A stretch of DNA of 61,200 bases, filler included, from Hausera hauseri (taxonomy: Eukaryota): the NCBI GenBank assembly GCA_046269625.1. It is 11 parts of 11 records of this genome, joined end to end, with 100 filler letters (N's around TTAATTAATTAA, not from the genome) between each part and the next. Parts side by side here need not be neighbours in the genome. Positions count along the whole stretch, not along the records: positions 6,274 to 14,367 come from JBJURY010780979.1; positions 14,468 to 18,759 come from JBJURY010652885.1; positions 18,860 to 25,603 come from JBJURY010069995.1; 8 more parts are not named here. One strand, 5' to 3'. The notes beneath the pieces were generated by a model, which saw only the letters and a list, made by a program, of their open reading frames with translations, had not been told where the DNA came from and searched no databases. Shown here in pieces: positions 10,900 through 23,529 of the stretch. Numbering within the stretch: position 1 is the stretch's first letter; each line of letters opens with the position of its first letter. A program made the translations under genes and the position numbers.

Positions 10900-13800
10900 G
10901 GTCTTATATCTGTTTTAACTACGCTTTGGATTGATACGGCTTCCTCTTTTCCGTTTTTGTTAACATAGACCGTGGTTGGCGTTGTGCGGACGATTTCATA
11001 TGGTGCTCTACCGGTACGTGTTAATTTCAGTGATGTACCTTTTCTCGCGACTGGGTAATGTATATAGACCCAATTACTTTTTCCAGATTATGGGGCTTAG
11101 TCTTTTTATCATATTGTTTTTTAAATTGTTCCTGATATTCAAGTGATAATGTTTTTGTCACTTCCCAACATTTTTGCAATCTTGTCTGTAAGACTTCGGC
11201 AAAGTTTTGCTCTAAATCCTCGAGTCTTTTTTGTACGGTGTCATGCCTAGATCTGTGGGTAAAATTGCTTCTCGTTCGTACATCATAAAGAACGGTGTAA
11301 ATCATGTTGCTGGATGTGGAGTTGTATTAATTGCAAATTGTATTCCTTCTAGGAATTCGTCCCAATCCTTTTGGTCTTTTACCACTACTGTTGATAATAT
11401 CCGAATGACTGTTGCGTTCATCCGCTCGACCATTCCATTACATTGGGGGGGGGGTGATACGCGGTAGTGGTTAAACGTTCGATTTCAAATATCTTAGTAA
11501 TTTTTTCAAATAATTCACTTGTGAAGTTCCTTCCTCCATCTGTCAAGATTTGTTCTGGTGGTCCGTATCTGCAGATGATTTTCCTTACCACCACGTCGGC
11601 TAACGTTTCCGCTTTTTGATCCAATAGTGCTCCCAATTCGACAAAATGCGTCAATTGATCCACGCATGTTAGAATATATCTGTTGTTTTTGAGTTTAGGT
11701 AGAGGTCCTACTATATCCATAGACATGGCCTGCATGGACCTATGTGGTACATTTACGGGTTTTAATTCTGCTACGTAGCCTTTCGTTTTCTTTTGTTTTG
11801 TTGCGCAAACTTCGCATGCACCTACCCAATATTTTACATCAATATAAATGCTTGGCCAATAGTATTTCAATATTCTTTGCAATGCCTTTTTCCAACACGT
11901 GTCCAGCTAAATACTAGTCATGTTCAGCCATGAGTACTTCGGTGCGTAATTCTTTTGGAATAACTATTAGTCTTCGTCCCTTTCGTTCATAATACAGGAT
12001 ATTATCTTGGTTTGATGCGTGATATTTATGTCCGTGTTTCTGAAGGTGCTTCTTCAGTTGTCGTCCTTTGGGCATTTCGCCTTTTGTGCGAACTCAACAA
12101 TTTGTTGAATAACCTTATATTTAGCTTGCTCGTCTTATCCATTATTAGAGTTCGTTTTCGTTCAATCAGTTGTTCGAGTTGCGGCTTTTTGACTGTGGTG
12201 ATTGCACTCGTTTTTGTCATTAACCTTGATAGTGCGTCAGCATCGACATGTTTGCTACCTGGTTTATATCGAAATTCAATATTATATCGTTATATTTCCT
12301 CGATCCAACGGTTTAACCTACATGTTGGGTTATTAGCTCGTCCTTTCAATGTCGTAACTGCTTTGTGGTCGGTCACTATTATAATCTTTTGTCCGTAGAC
12401 ATAGACATTAAAATGTCGGAGTGCTTCCTTTACGGCTAACGTTTCTAATTCGGTAACCGAATAATTCTTTTCTGCTTTCTTTAACGAGCGTCCACCATAA
12501 GCTATTGGATGTTCTAGTTCTTCATCTTCTCGTTTCTGAGCTAATTCATAACCTATACCTTCTTTGCTTGCATGTGTTTTAATGATGTATGGTAAATTAA
12601 AATCAGGGTATCTCAGAACTGGTTCGCTTGTCAAAATTTTCTTCATTTCGTCGAATGCTTTATGCTCTATTTCCGTCCATCTCCATTTAGTTCCTTTTTT
12701 GAGTAGGCGATATAGTGGAGCATTAATTTTCGAATTGTCCGGCATGTAAGTGGCATAATACCCACATAGACCTAACCAATGTCTTAACTCTTTTTGATTC
12801 TGAGCTTCCATACAATCTGATATTTTATTTAGCAGGGATTTATCCGGTTTTGATCCTCCTTCTTCAACTGTGTCCGAGGTACGATACTGCTTTCTGTGCC
12901 CATTTACATTTCTTTGAATTTAGTTTCAACCCTGCTTGTTCTAGTCGCATGAGTGTATCTTCACTGTCCTTCAAGTGTTCTTCTGTTTTCGATGCTATCA
13001 TTACATCGTCCAAATACGCGAAAGCATGATCAAATCCCATGAGCATCTTGTTCATTATTCTCGTAAAAATAGCTGGTCCTGTGGTGATGCCGAAAGGCAT
13101 CACATTAAATTCGTATACGCCATAGTGTGTTTTGAACGCTGTCTTATATCGATCTTCTTCGATTTCCACTTGCCAGTATCCCGATTGTAAGTCGAGAGTG
13201 GTAAACCATCTCGCTCCTGACAGTCTATCTAACGTCTCCTTTACTGATGGTAGCGGAAACGAGTCTTTCATCATCAGCGTGTTCAGTGCCCGATAATCTA
13301 TGCAAAATCGTTGCTTCGTGGTTCCTTTCTTTTTAACCATCAGTATGGGTAAGTACCATGATCGATAATTTAATCGAATTATGTCGGCCTTTAACATTCG
13401 CTCTGCTTCTTTAGTTATTTCTGGTCTTAATGAGTGAGGAGGCGGATACCATTTGGGCATTTTCTGCTCTTCTAGATCGATTTCGTCATTTGAGCCAGGT
13501 TTCGTACTCAATGGAATTGTTAATCTTAGAGCCTTTGCTCTACCTATGTCTTCTTCGTTTTGCGCTATTATCGAACGGAATTTACACAATAATTCGTAGA
13601 TTTTGCAATACGCTTCGGGAGAGAATTTGGTTTCAACATGAAGTGAAAATTCGGCACACTTGTATGGTTCCGCCTCTATTGCCACTGCCGATCCTCTGCA
13701 AGTGCGACCCAAAGTAGTATTAGCGTGCAATCTTACTGGAATCGGTGCATTGTTCACTAATCTGATAGGTATTCGTCCCGTCATTACTCTACATAAAATG

Positions 13801-14367
13801 TTGCTAAACATGAGATTTGGATCGATATCCTCTTGAGGCTCGAAGTATACTGGTAGATCCTCATCCTGTCGAATCTGTGCGAAAATTATCATTTCGGTTC
13901 TGGGCGGAATATCTTCATAAACCCGGATCCATACTTCGCCCGATTTCCTTTTTTTATTACTTTTGTCCCTTTTATCGGTTCGAGTTCAACTAATTTTCCG
14001 TTGTGCACATCGATTGCCATACCTGGTATCTGTTTCAATATATCGCAACCTAGTACGACATCGTCTGTTAACTGATCTATTATCGCAAATTCGTTTTGAA
14101 GTGCTTGACCCATCATACAAACAGTAGGAGTCCATTTAAATTTTGGCTTCGATATTTGTCGAAATGCTCCTACGCTACCTGGGTCCGATGATGCGGGCGG
14201 ACATAGCTCGTCTCGCAATGTGGTTGGTATAGATCCATATTTTATAAATGATTTTTCTGATCCGGTGTCGATTAATGCATACACTTCCCCATCTTCGATG
14301 TGTATTTTAGCGAAGGGTCTCCCTTCTGCTACTGTTCCGTAGCAATTTGACACTATCTTTGACCGTT
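10900..14367 (-). mobile_element. pol: Ty3/Gypsy pol: PR-RT-RNase H-integrase (frameshifted)
   Basis: PR LIDTGS (13889-14353); RT FCIDYRALN, LDLQSGYWQ, YLDD (12864-13892); RNase H (12290-12811: HAS..GIG..LAQ, ETLAV, TDHKA); IN zinc-binding C..C, SMDIVGP, LTDGG, TAYHP (11418-11882). IN after RH is the Gypsy order. Confidence 0.96.
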
Positions 14368-15299
14368 NNNNNNNNNNNNNNNNNNNNNNNNNNNNNNNNN
14401 NNNNNNNNNNNTTAATTAATTAANNNNNNNNNNNNNNNNNNNNNNNNNNNNNNNNNNNNNNNNNNNNTAAGTAAGTATACTCGATGTTATTCTCGCAGTC
14501 ATCGTTCCATCTACCACCCATCCTACTTCTAGTGACTATCCCTCATGATTTCATTGACTCTTTGGTGAAGAACGTGGTCATCATCTATCAGAAGGACGAA
14601 CAGCAACAACAACAATCGATTTTATGTTAAGGAATCGTTATAATACACGTATCGATTTCACTATTGAGTCTATAAGAAATTAAATAAACTATTACAGTCT
14701 CATACGTCCTTCTGTTAAAAATCACTCTTTGTGATATTCTTTTTGGAATTCACAATTACAATTATGCCTTTTTTTCTCTAGCTCTCCGCTCTCCCACCAT
14801 GGATCTTCATGAAAGCCTTCCAACGCCACAGCGTCCAAACTTCTCGTTGCGCGTGCAGAAAGGACATCATTTCTAATCAACGAGGAACTTTGATCCCGGT
14901 GAATGTATTTGAAATCCTCATTCGCAGCCAGAAACCTGACGCTCTAACTATATCTCATTTTCCCGACAGACGAAATTTATAGGAAACAAATCTTCCTTTA
15001 AATGAGAAGGGTAGGGCGGGGGAGTGCATTCTCCTGTGAGTACTGATTTATTACGTAAAGACCAAACAGACGAAACTCGTACGACTTACTTTACTAGGAT
15101 AATTAGCACATGAAACATTTATTTAGGTCAATGCTCTTCAACCTTGGTGGTACCAGACACTGATGTGCAACAAATTCTGAATTCAAATACATTATAAAAT
15201 TCTGTAATTGGCTAAATTTTGAATGAGCTGTAGATCATTGACGGGAACATCAAATGATGAGGTGCATTACATCCAAGCGTTGACATAAACCAGTACGAC

Positions 15300-15600
15300 G
15301 AACATTCAAATCTCCAAGCATGTTGAACTTTCATGTCTACTGAGATGAATCTACAAAACAAAATTCCCCGTGGAGGCATCTCTCGATGGAATACGAGTGT
15401 CAACTCCATCAGTTTTCGGTAATCTTCCATTGGGATAGCTTCTCTATTTCCAGCCAAAATTTCATAACAGAAGACAACTGCGTCTTGCTTAAGAGGTGCA
15501 AGATTTTCATTCAGATGGTCGTCACTGCATGATTTATATGCTGTCTGATTTATTTTTGAGCAATAATCTTTAAATCTGAGGAACAGAGTTTCAATTACAT
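15300..15600 (-). mobile_element. hAT-related (hATm-like) transposase fragment
   Basis: Second half of ORF 15212-15778: FLRFKD....EDYRKLMELTLVF..MPPRGI.F resembles the PRxDY.E.LEL...FLG..PPRG..F block of that group. Confidence 0.45.
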
Positions 15601-16800
15601 AGTTGCCTATACAACTGTCACCGAAGAGAATCAAAGTATTAAATGAACGACAACTTAGAAGATAATGGTGTAATATACTAACAACACAATTTGGTCCTTT
15701 ACCAACGTCATCTTCCTCATCTATTAAAAAATTTGTTTGGCATTTAGCTTTTTCGTTGTTGATACCAAACCTAAGCATTTGCCGGCTGCCTTGAAGTACG
15801 ACGATCCCACTTTTCGAGGAGTACTGAGGTAGTGAACAGTCTGGGCAAAATAAAAGGACAAAACTAATGTGGAATTATCTGAATTTTAACATGTTTGATA
15901 GTAGGATCTTTAAATATTTCATTCTGAAGATGTACTAATGCGGTATTCAACTTACTTATTTTTCAGCATCGTCACAATTGCTTGTACGCAAAATTGTCAG
16001 AGAATTTTTCGATAGATATTACAAAGATCATCAGCAGGTTTCAATACAGTGATGTATGGGATATATTGAGTCCATATTCTCTGAAATGACCTATTACTAA
16101 TTTTTTCGTTCATCAGCAGGGAGTGCTGATATGTATCATTTATAAATGGATGATTTAATTACCGTAAAAAGTAATTTCATAACTCGAAAATCTTTGAAAT
16201 TAGGAAGTCGTCTAGGTAAAGGGATAGCAAGACGTTCAGCCATCGCTGTGATAAACTTCACAACTCCATCATCGTTGTCCATGATATAACAGAAGGATGT
16301 ACGGATGATTTACCAGCAAGACCATGTTTTCTAGAAAATAAATTATGCTCTCTGAAGTGATTTTGAAAATTTTCGAAACGCTTCTTCCTACACTCATGAA
16401 TAAATAGGAATATATTTCGACAAATAGGAAGCTTATGATAGGTGTACCCTACGTCACATTTGGATGATGATGCAGCTCACTCTATCTTCTGACCATATTT
16501 CTTCTTTCCAGTTACATTGCAATAGGCTTCTTCTAAATCTTTACACATTTCCTAATATTACTAAGTCTTGCGCCTCTTTGGTCAATTTTAAAAACTCACT
16601 TCTAGATTTCTGTATAATATGCTTCGGAATGATTTTGTTACAATTCAACACGCAACATGTTGTGTTAAAAAATGTACTCATCATTTCTTTTTTTCTTTTA
16701 TCTTCGCAAAATAATTCAACCCTCACTGAATCAGATTCAAAAGTACTTACTTCTACATTCTGGACTTCACTGTTACAAATTTCCTCTTCACAACTGCAAT
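15600..16800 (-). mobile_element. Sola-like DDD transposase, degenerate
   Basis: CC..NC..(16541-16726); FLFIHEC.KKRF; AIPLP.RLP; SFYFAQTVHY; FGINNE...QTNFLIDE....GKGPNCVVSILHHYL....LILFGDSC. Confidence 0.6.
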
Positions 16801-17639
16801 CATTATTTTTATTCGAAAATATATTACTATACGTAAAATACTAGCGATGAACAGTTTCTAATTCTTCCTATTAATGCATTACTTCTCAATTTATTAGAAC
16901 AGCTCTACAAATAATACAAAATACGGAATGACACAATTTTGATGATAATGCTGCTAAATTCCTATCACAAAATTTAATTGATCTATTCTCTGTAAAAACT
17001 TGATTCAGAGCTTTTAAGCAACGTAAATGCAACGTTAATACAATACCTTTATACTGAACAATATCACAGGACATGCACTTTTACTGATTTATATGATTGA
17101 TTCATTTGTGCAGGTAATATGGCAGGTTATAAACGTTAAACATCCATTCATTCTAGAAATTTTTATGACAGATAAAATGAGAAAGTGTATAAAATACTAT
17201 TATAAGTAGTACAGCATTTTTATAATTATGAATATATTCATAATAAACAATTAATATTATTAATAATATTTTATACATTTTGTGTAAAATAGTATTTTTG
17301 TAAATTCCGAACATAATAGTGCATAAATTATAGAAATATACTATTTGAATCAACTTTGTAACGAGAAGTAATAAAAGAAATAAGAAATAACATAGTAGTA
17401 GTTGGAAAGCGTTTTTACACTGTGATGAGGAATTCAGGCAGCCAATATAAAGTGAGGAAATTCATAAGAGGAGGAAAATAAGATTCATTTACTGATTGAA
17501 TTGAGTGAAATGTTATATCAACTTTTACAATAAAAACCTTATGGAAAATTCTACTTTACAATACTCGTGTGACGTTGATGTCGGAATGGTAGATACACGA
17601 TCTACTTACACGGACAATTACGGATAATTACCCAATTTA

Positions 17640-18759
17640 ACAACAGAGGATCATTAGAAAACTTATTTTCAAATTGTGGTAGGAAGTCAGTTTTATCAAA
17701 ATGTCAGCAGCGACATTTGACCCGTTGTATTTCCAGAGAACTTCTCATCTCATCTGCATGTTTAACAAGTGCAACGAAAGAGCAATTTACTGTTATTCTT
17801 AACACTTGTACAACTCGAAATTATCTTCATAAGTTTGGGTTTAAGTCCAAATTTTGTATCAGTAAGCCTTTATTAACTAGAAGACTTCGGTTTCAGAGAC
17901 TTTAGTTTGTCCGTCGTTATGTCAACGAACCAGAGAAGTTTTGGAATCGAGTCATCTTTACCGAGGAGATACGAATATCTGTTTGTGGTGATGCAATACG
18001 TATACGGGTATGGTCAAAGAAAGGCGATTCGAGTTTGTGTGCAGCCCACAGTAAAGCATTTACAATCGGTGATGTTGTGTGGGTCATTCACTTCGGGTGG
18101 CCCAGGGAAGCTTTGTTTTGCTGACCAAGGAGAATTATGCGATTTTCAATTGTACATAAAAGTTTTTAGAACATCAGTTTAGTATACAGCTGACGAAGCT
18201 TTTGGAGTGTGTAACGGAGAATGGGTGTGAATTTTGTTATTATAATCATTCCACAGACAGATATCAGAATTCCTTTGATTAAAACTTTCGCTTCGATCAT
18301 GTTTTACAAGGAGATTCAAAATATTCAAATTTTAGTTGAAGGAATTAGTCATAAAAGTCCACTTATTTTTTCGAAGCTGCTTTCACAAACGACTTGCACA
18401 TTAAGAAAATTCGAATCGAAGTGAGATAGCGTAATATGTCACAAGAACGCGAACAGAATTTTGACTTTATTGGAAGAACAACAAATGTAATATTTTAAAC
18501 AAAAGCAAAATGACTATATACAATTTTGTGTCCTATTGGGTAAATGTTGACGCCACAATGGGTCTTGCAGGATGATGGAGCACTTTACCACAGAAGCATG
18601 ACTGTGAAAGATTGGATTCGTAATAAAGGGTTGAAGGTGTTAGACTGGCCGGTTCAATCTACAGATTTAAAGCCAATTGAAAATGCCTGGGCAATGCTCA
18701 AAATGACTATAAACACCAATCGCTTGCATTCAAGTATGACTGAATTAAAAAGTTTTATT
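17640..18759 (+). mobile_element. Tc1/mariner (DD34E-type) transposase pseudogene, split by an insertion
   Basis: KPLLT...RL, W.RVIFTEE, TVKH..SVM.CG, WVLQDDGA..H, LDWP.QS.DL.PIENAW. Confidence 0.9.
18226..18557. mobile_element. Solo LTR-like insertion with 5-bp TSD
   Basis: TGT...ACA ends flanked by ATGGG (18221-18225 and 18558-18562). Removing it restores EAFGVCNGEWVLQDDGA in the transposase. Confidence 0.8.
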
Positions 18760-18859
18760 NNNNNNNNNNNNNNNNNNNNNNNNNNNNNNNNNNNNNNNNN
18801 NNNTTAATTAATTAANNNNNNNNNNNNNNNNNNNNNNNNNNNNNNNNNNNNNNNNNNNN

Positions 18860-19326
18860 AATCGATAACGGTAATTGATGGGTTTGATGAGAACTGGTCA
18901 GAGAGATTACGCAACGGTGACGTTATTGTCATTGACGATTTATTTCAAGAGGCAACGAAACAATTGGGCTTCAACAAGCCGTTCACGAAGATTGCACGGC
19001 ACTGCAGTGTGACGGTTATTTTCATTACACAAAATATGTTCCATTAGGGCGGACAGCATTGAACAAGAAATCTAAACGTTCACTATTTGGTGTTGTTCAA
19101 AAATCGCCGTGATCAAACTAGCATTAATTATGTTGTACGACAAGCATTTCCTCACAATCGAGCCTACTTGATAGATGCATATCATGATGATACGACTAAG
19201 CCACACGGATACTTGTTTATCGACTTTACAAAACAGTGTCCCGATGACATGCGTGTACAAACAGACATTTTCAATCAGAAAGATGGTGTATGTGTCTATA
19301 AACAAATTGGAAAATCGATGACATGA
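18860..19326 (+). pseudogene. Polinton/Maverick A32-like packaging ATPase, C-terminal part
   Basis: VIVIDDL (Walker B), FTK.ARH.SVTVIFITQN, YLVLFKN.RD, AY...T.KPHGYLFID. Confidence 0.9.
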
Positions 19327-19327
19327 T

Positions 19328-19870
19328 TGTGATAAAAAATAAAGTATTTCCGAAAAACAATTGTTAAACGTAAACCTACCAAGCGTGTGTCCAGTGGCAA
19401 GAAACGTGTATCAAAAACGACCACTGCTACAGTCAAGCGATTAATCAATTCTGTGTTTGGTCGAACAACAACAGCAGCAGCTAAACGCAAATTACCGTCA
19501 CAGTGGCAACGGTTATAAACAACTAAGTTTCATGAACATCAATACGTCCACGAAAAGCATGCGATTCAAACGTAGTCAGTCGAACTTTATTGCTTTGCTC
19601 AAGACACCTACGAGACATAAGTGAAACATGCTGCGATCATTCCCACAGTTTGTAATATACGATTTGATGGCAATTTTATACAATATCCTTGTTGGTCACG
19701 TTGACATTGGTATTGGAAAGCGGAATTTACTAAAGTATCGAAAACGATTTATTGGCATTGCCAATACCTGTAGTAAATGACTGAAACGAGAGGTTCTGTA
19801 CCAGCAAGACGGCGGATTCCTTGGTGCAATTTTACCAACTGTCACGTCATTATTGGGTGGACTCATTGGT
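19328..19870 (+). pseudogene. Two small Polinton core proteins: a Lys/Arg-rich ORF and an ORF ending in an amphipathic helix
   Basis: KTIVKRKPTKRVSSGKKRVSK... (19330-19517). The second ORF from 19559 ends QQDGGFLGAILPTVTSLLGG, a typical Polinton QxGGFL motif. Confidence 0.65.
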
Positions 19871-20032
19871 TTTGCAACAACATGATAGTATAAACAATGA
19901 CGGTAAGTATATGATGAATCCGCGATATGGGTGCATGGTTTTCATCATTTTGCCCCAGTTTAACGAATCTTTCATTTACGTTTCTTTCTAATTGTTGTAA
20001 AGCAAGCAAAACCGACACCGTCGACGGCAACG

Positions 20033-21030
20033 ATGGGCGATATGTGGTTCGATCCGCATCATCCCATCGGGTATATTGTCGTCGACAAACTGGCAAAGTC
20101 TGTCAAACAGACTCGGCAACAGACCCAACGTTGGCTCGGAAAACATTTAGCATACAGCCTCAACAAACCGATAAGAAAGCGATTTCCAACTCGTGCATAC
20201 CGTGCTGCCGGTGTAAATTACGTATAACAAATAAATCTGATGGAAATGATTCCGTACGCTAGCGTCAATGATGGGTATAGGTACGTGCTGACATGTGTTG
20301 ATGTGTTTAGTCGTTTTGCATGTGCAATTGCTGTGAAATTTCAATTTTGTAAAGTAATTGCCGACGCTGTACAGCCACTAATACAACTACAACAACCGAA
20401 GCATTTACAAATGGGTTTGGGTAAGGAATTCTACAACGTCTATATTGCAGTGGTTTTGGAACTGTTCGGCGTAAACCACTACTCGGTGTTTTCCAAATAC
20501 AAGGCTTCACTCGTTGAACGATTTAATCGAACATTGCACGGTCGCCTAAACAAATTCTTTACGAATCAAGGCAACAAAGGCTGGGTAGATGTAATGCCGG
20601 ACATTATTCATGCATACAATCATTCGACACATCGTGGCATAAATGGATTACGGCCTGTTGATGTAATCGATAATTTGGACATGTTGCTTTATCAAAACCA
20701 ACGGCGACCAATTAACGGTGATTATGTAGGTATTTCAAAAATAAGTACGACGCCATTCATTAAGAATTTCAATCAGAACTGCAGCAATGATGTTTTTCGA
20801 ATTTCGGCAATCAACACAAAACAAACACCTGTCGTGTACGTTTAGAGGATAAAAACGGCGAGGAAATACGAGGTAAATTCTACGAACAGGAATTGCAGGT
20901 ACTGCCTGAGAAACCCTATATATGTCGTATTCATGAAATTCTACGTTCACGAGGTAAAAGTTCGATTAAACAATATTTGTCAAGAGGAATGGATACACTA
21001 CACCGAGATGGATATTTGCATCACAGATTT
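20033..21030 (+). pseudogene. Polinton retroviral-like integrase
   Basis: WFDPHHP.GY, NDGYRYVLTCVDVFSRFA, GKEFYN, KASLVERFNRTL, YNHS.H..I. Confidence 0.9.
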
Positions 21031-21031
21031 A

Positions 21032-22105
21032 ATGACTAGCAGCAGCAGCAGCAACAGCATTTTTTTGGTACTTGATAGTAACAGATCATTATCACAACAC
21101 GCCGACGACAATGACAATACCGCTAAACAGCATTTGGGCCAACCGGTCGATTTACGCCACGGAGCGTGAGAAGTGACTTTAACAGAATTCACATTTACAT
21201 TTTCACCAATGAGAATACGTCAGAACAGTGGTACTTACTTTACCCGACAGGAAACGTACCCTATTTCAATTCGTTTGCGGACAATCCGACACAATAACCC
21301 ATATATTCTTCGCAATTATTTGCGAGAAAATTTCTCGATTTATGCTTATTTTTTAAACTACCGTATGGAACTAATGCATCGAAATTACATGGAAATGCAG
21401 TTTAATTCTGTAGCTGATGCTCAGACATGGGGTCTCCAAACAGTCAATGTACACTCAAACCTCTACGGCTAGATGGACATGTTATAATTGGTAAAAAAAT
21501 TGGACCTTTCATCCGATGTGGAATCTGATATTATAGTAAAGTGGACTAAGTCAGAATCCGTCTTCAGCTATTATATTATACCACACAATTTATTAATGGA
21601 AAGGGAATTGGAATTGTGTGAATACGTTAAGAAAACGGCTATATTAGCCCTAAAGACATGCGAAATAAACGCACATGGTCATATTTCGATTACACTACAT
21701 GAAAATGTTACGTATTTTGCCTTTGATGAATTATTTTTCTCGGAATCTGGGTTTTTCAAAACGCGAATTCTATCAAAACATTGCTGGACAATTTATTGTT
21801 GCCAAATACAAATTACAACTCTGTGGAGCATTTCACCGAATCAACGTTTTAAAGGACTTAACCGATTCCGTACTCGTTGATGAAGAACGTAAACAACTGC
21901 AGGCTTTTATAGAACTGGATTCTGACACGTACAAAACATCTGGTGAAACTGTTCGCTTTAATATGCTCAGACCCATGTACTTATCATTGTCTCACAATAT
22001 TGTGCACAGTATTATCGTGTATATGTTTGATGAATTTTGGGAACCATTAAATTTCTGTTCGGGTCAACGACACATTTGACGTTACATTTTCGACGTCGTC
22101 AAAAT
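21032..22105 (+). pseudogene. Polinton minor capsid (penton/PZ), copy A
   Basis: N-terminal IFLVLDSN.S....N......PVDL...*EVTLTEF; C-terminal PMYLSL....HSI.V...DE...PLNF....LTLHFRR. Confidence 0.72.
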
Positions 22106-22145
22106 CGATAATAAACAAACTGCGTCATCAAATTTTATCGAGATC

Positions 22146-23210
22146 ATGAGCATTTACATGGTGTTGCCAAGCAACTGTTGTCCGACAAATCGGCCGAACA
22201 ATTTAGCCAGTGAATACGTTGTAGATTGGAACAATCCTTTAGATTTATTTGCTGCACTGACGCAATTTAACTTTTCCTACGCACCAGTGACATTGAAAGG
22301 TAGTATGAAAATAACGTACAACAAGACTGTTGCTGGAACCAAAACACATTCTTGTCCTCTGACACTTACTGACAATAAAATAACAGCCACAGAATCGGCC
22401 ATTTGCACGACCAGTAAAAATTACTGTCTATACGGCAAGATCGGTTTTTATTTAAGGGGAATACTTACATTTTATTGCAGATTTTGAATTTACTGTAAAA
22501 ACTTTGGGTCCTCTGAGATGGCTCAGAAATTTGGATTCAAAAATACAGCGTACAAAGGTACAAAATATTAGAAGTGAAAATATAGGTGCTTCTACATTAA
22601 GTCCCGTATATTACCAGACAACGGTGAAATTTACCTATGCAACGGAAAGGGTGTCAACGTCATACGTATCGATTGGAGACAATGTCTATTGCGAATCTGT
22701 AGCACATCTCTGTCAACACTCGTCTTCTTTAAATCAAAAGTACAATGCGATATTTAAAGTTTTCGAGTCAGATACAAATGGGTACATTAAATTTGAACCT
22801 TCTAAGTATATTGTTGACATTTTATTAGACATAGCTTTGGCCATGGTATTGGGTTTTGAAAAACAGCGGTTTCAGGCATCGAATACGAAAACGGCCGCGG
22901 CATATGTTGCAACACTTTAATCCAAACTGAAAACGGGACTAAGTCAAATGTTAATTTACGTGAATGTCAGCAAACCAATTTTGGTCGGTGTGGTACATGT
23001 ACCGCTACTCCATGCAATTTATCCGAAAAGCAGCAAGTATACTGCTGGCGACAATGTCACTGTCAAGCTCGACAATCCTATGTACCTACCTGTGGCATGT
23101 ACATCTATAAACAATATTGAAGCGAATATCCGATGTGACGCGGGCTACCTTATTTAATTTCCGTACAGTACCACAACCAGTCTAACTCTTCATTTCCGTC
23201 GAATCGAACA
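22146..23210 (+). pseudogene. Polinton minor capsid (penton/PZ), copy B
   Basis: MSIYMVLPSN...N....Y......PLDL; IY.NV..PILVG...VPLL..I; PMYLPV....INNIE.NI.CD.G; LTLHFRR. Confidence 0.8.
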
Positions 23211-23239
23211 ACAACATTATTGATTCTGAAATCGTTTCA

Positions 23240-23527
23240 ATTTACAGTAAACCCCAGAAGGGCTCTGAACTGCCGTATTTCATTGGTAAACAGTATGGCT
23301 CTGAATGGTTGCGTACATTGGCACGTTTATCATTTCCGATGTTTAAGCGTATTGGGGTCGTGGCAGCAAAAATAGCACAGGATGTACTATATGAAAACAA
23401 ATCGATTTTATTATCGCTGAAGGAACACGCCTTGTCAGAAATAAAAACCGCTGCACCGGGAGTCGTTGAATCAGTCAAAAAACAATTAGCTGGCAGTGGC
23501 TTGAGAAAACGTGGACGTGGTAGATGA
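23240..23527 (+). pseudogene. Small Polinton protein upstream of the major capsid gene
   Basis: QKGSELPYFIGKQYGS.W.R.L.R...P and a LAGSG + basic tail, as usually seen just before the Polinton MCP. Confidence 0.6.
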
Positions 23528-23529
23528 GG

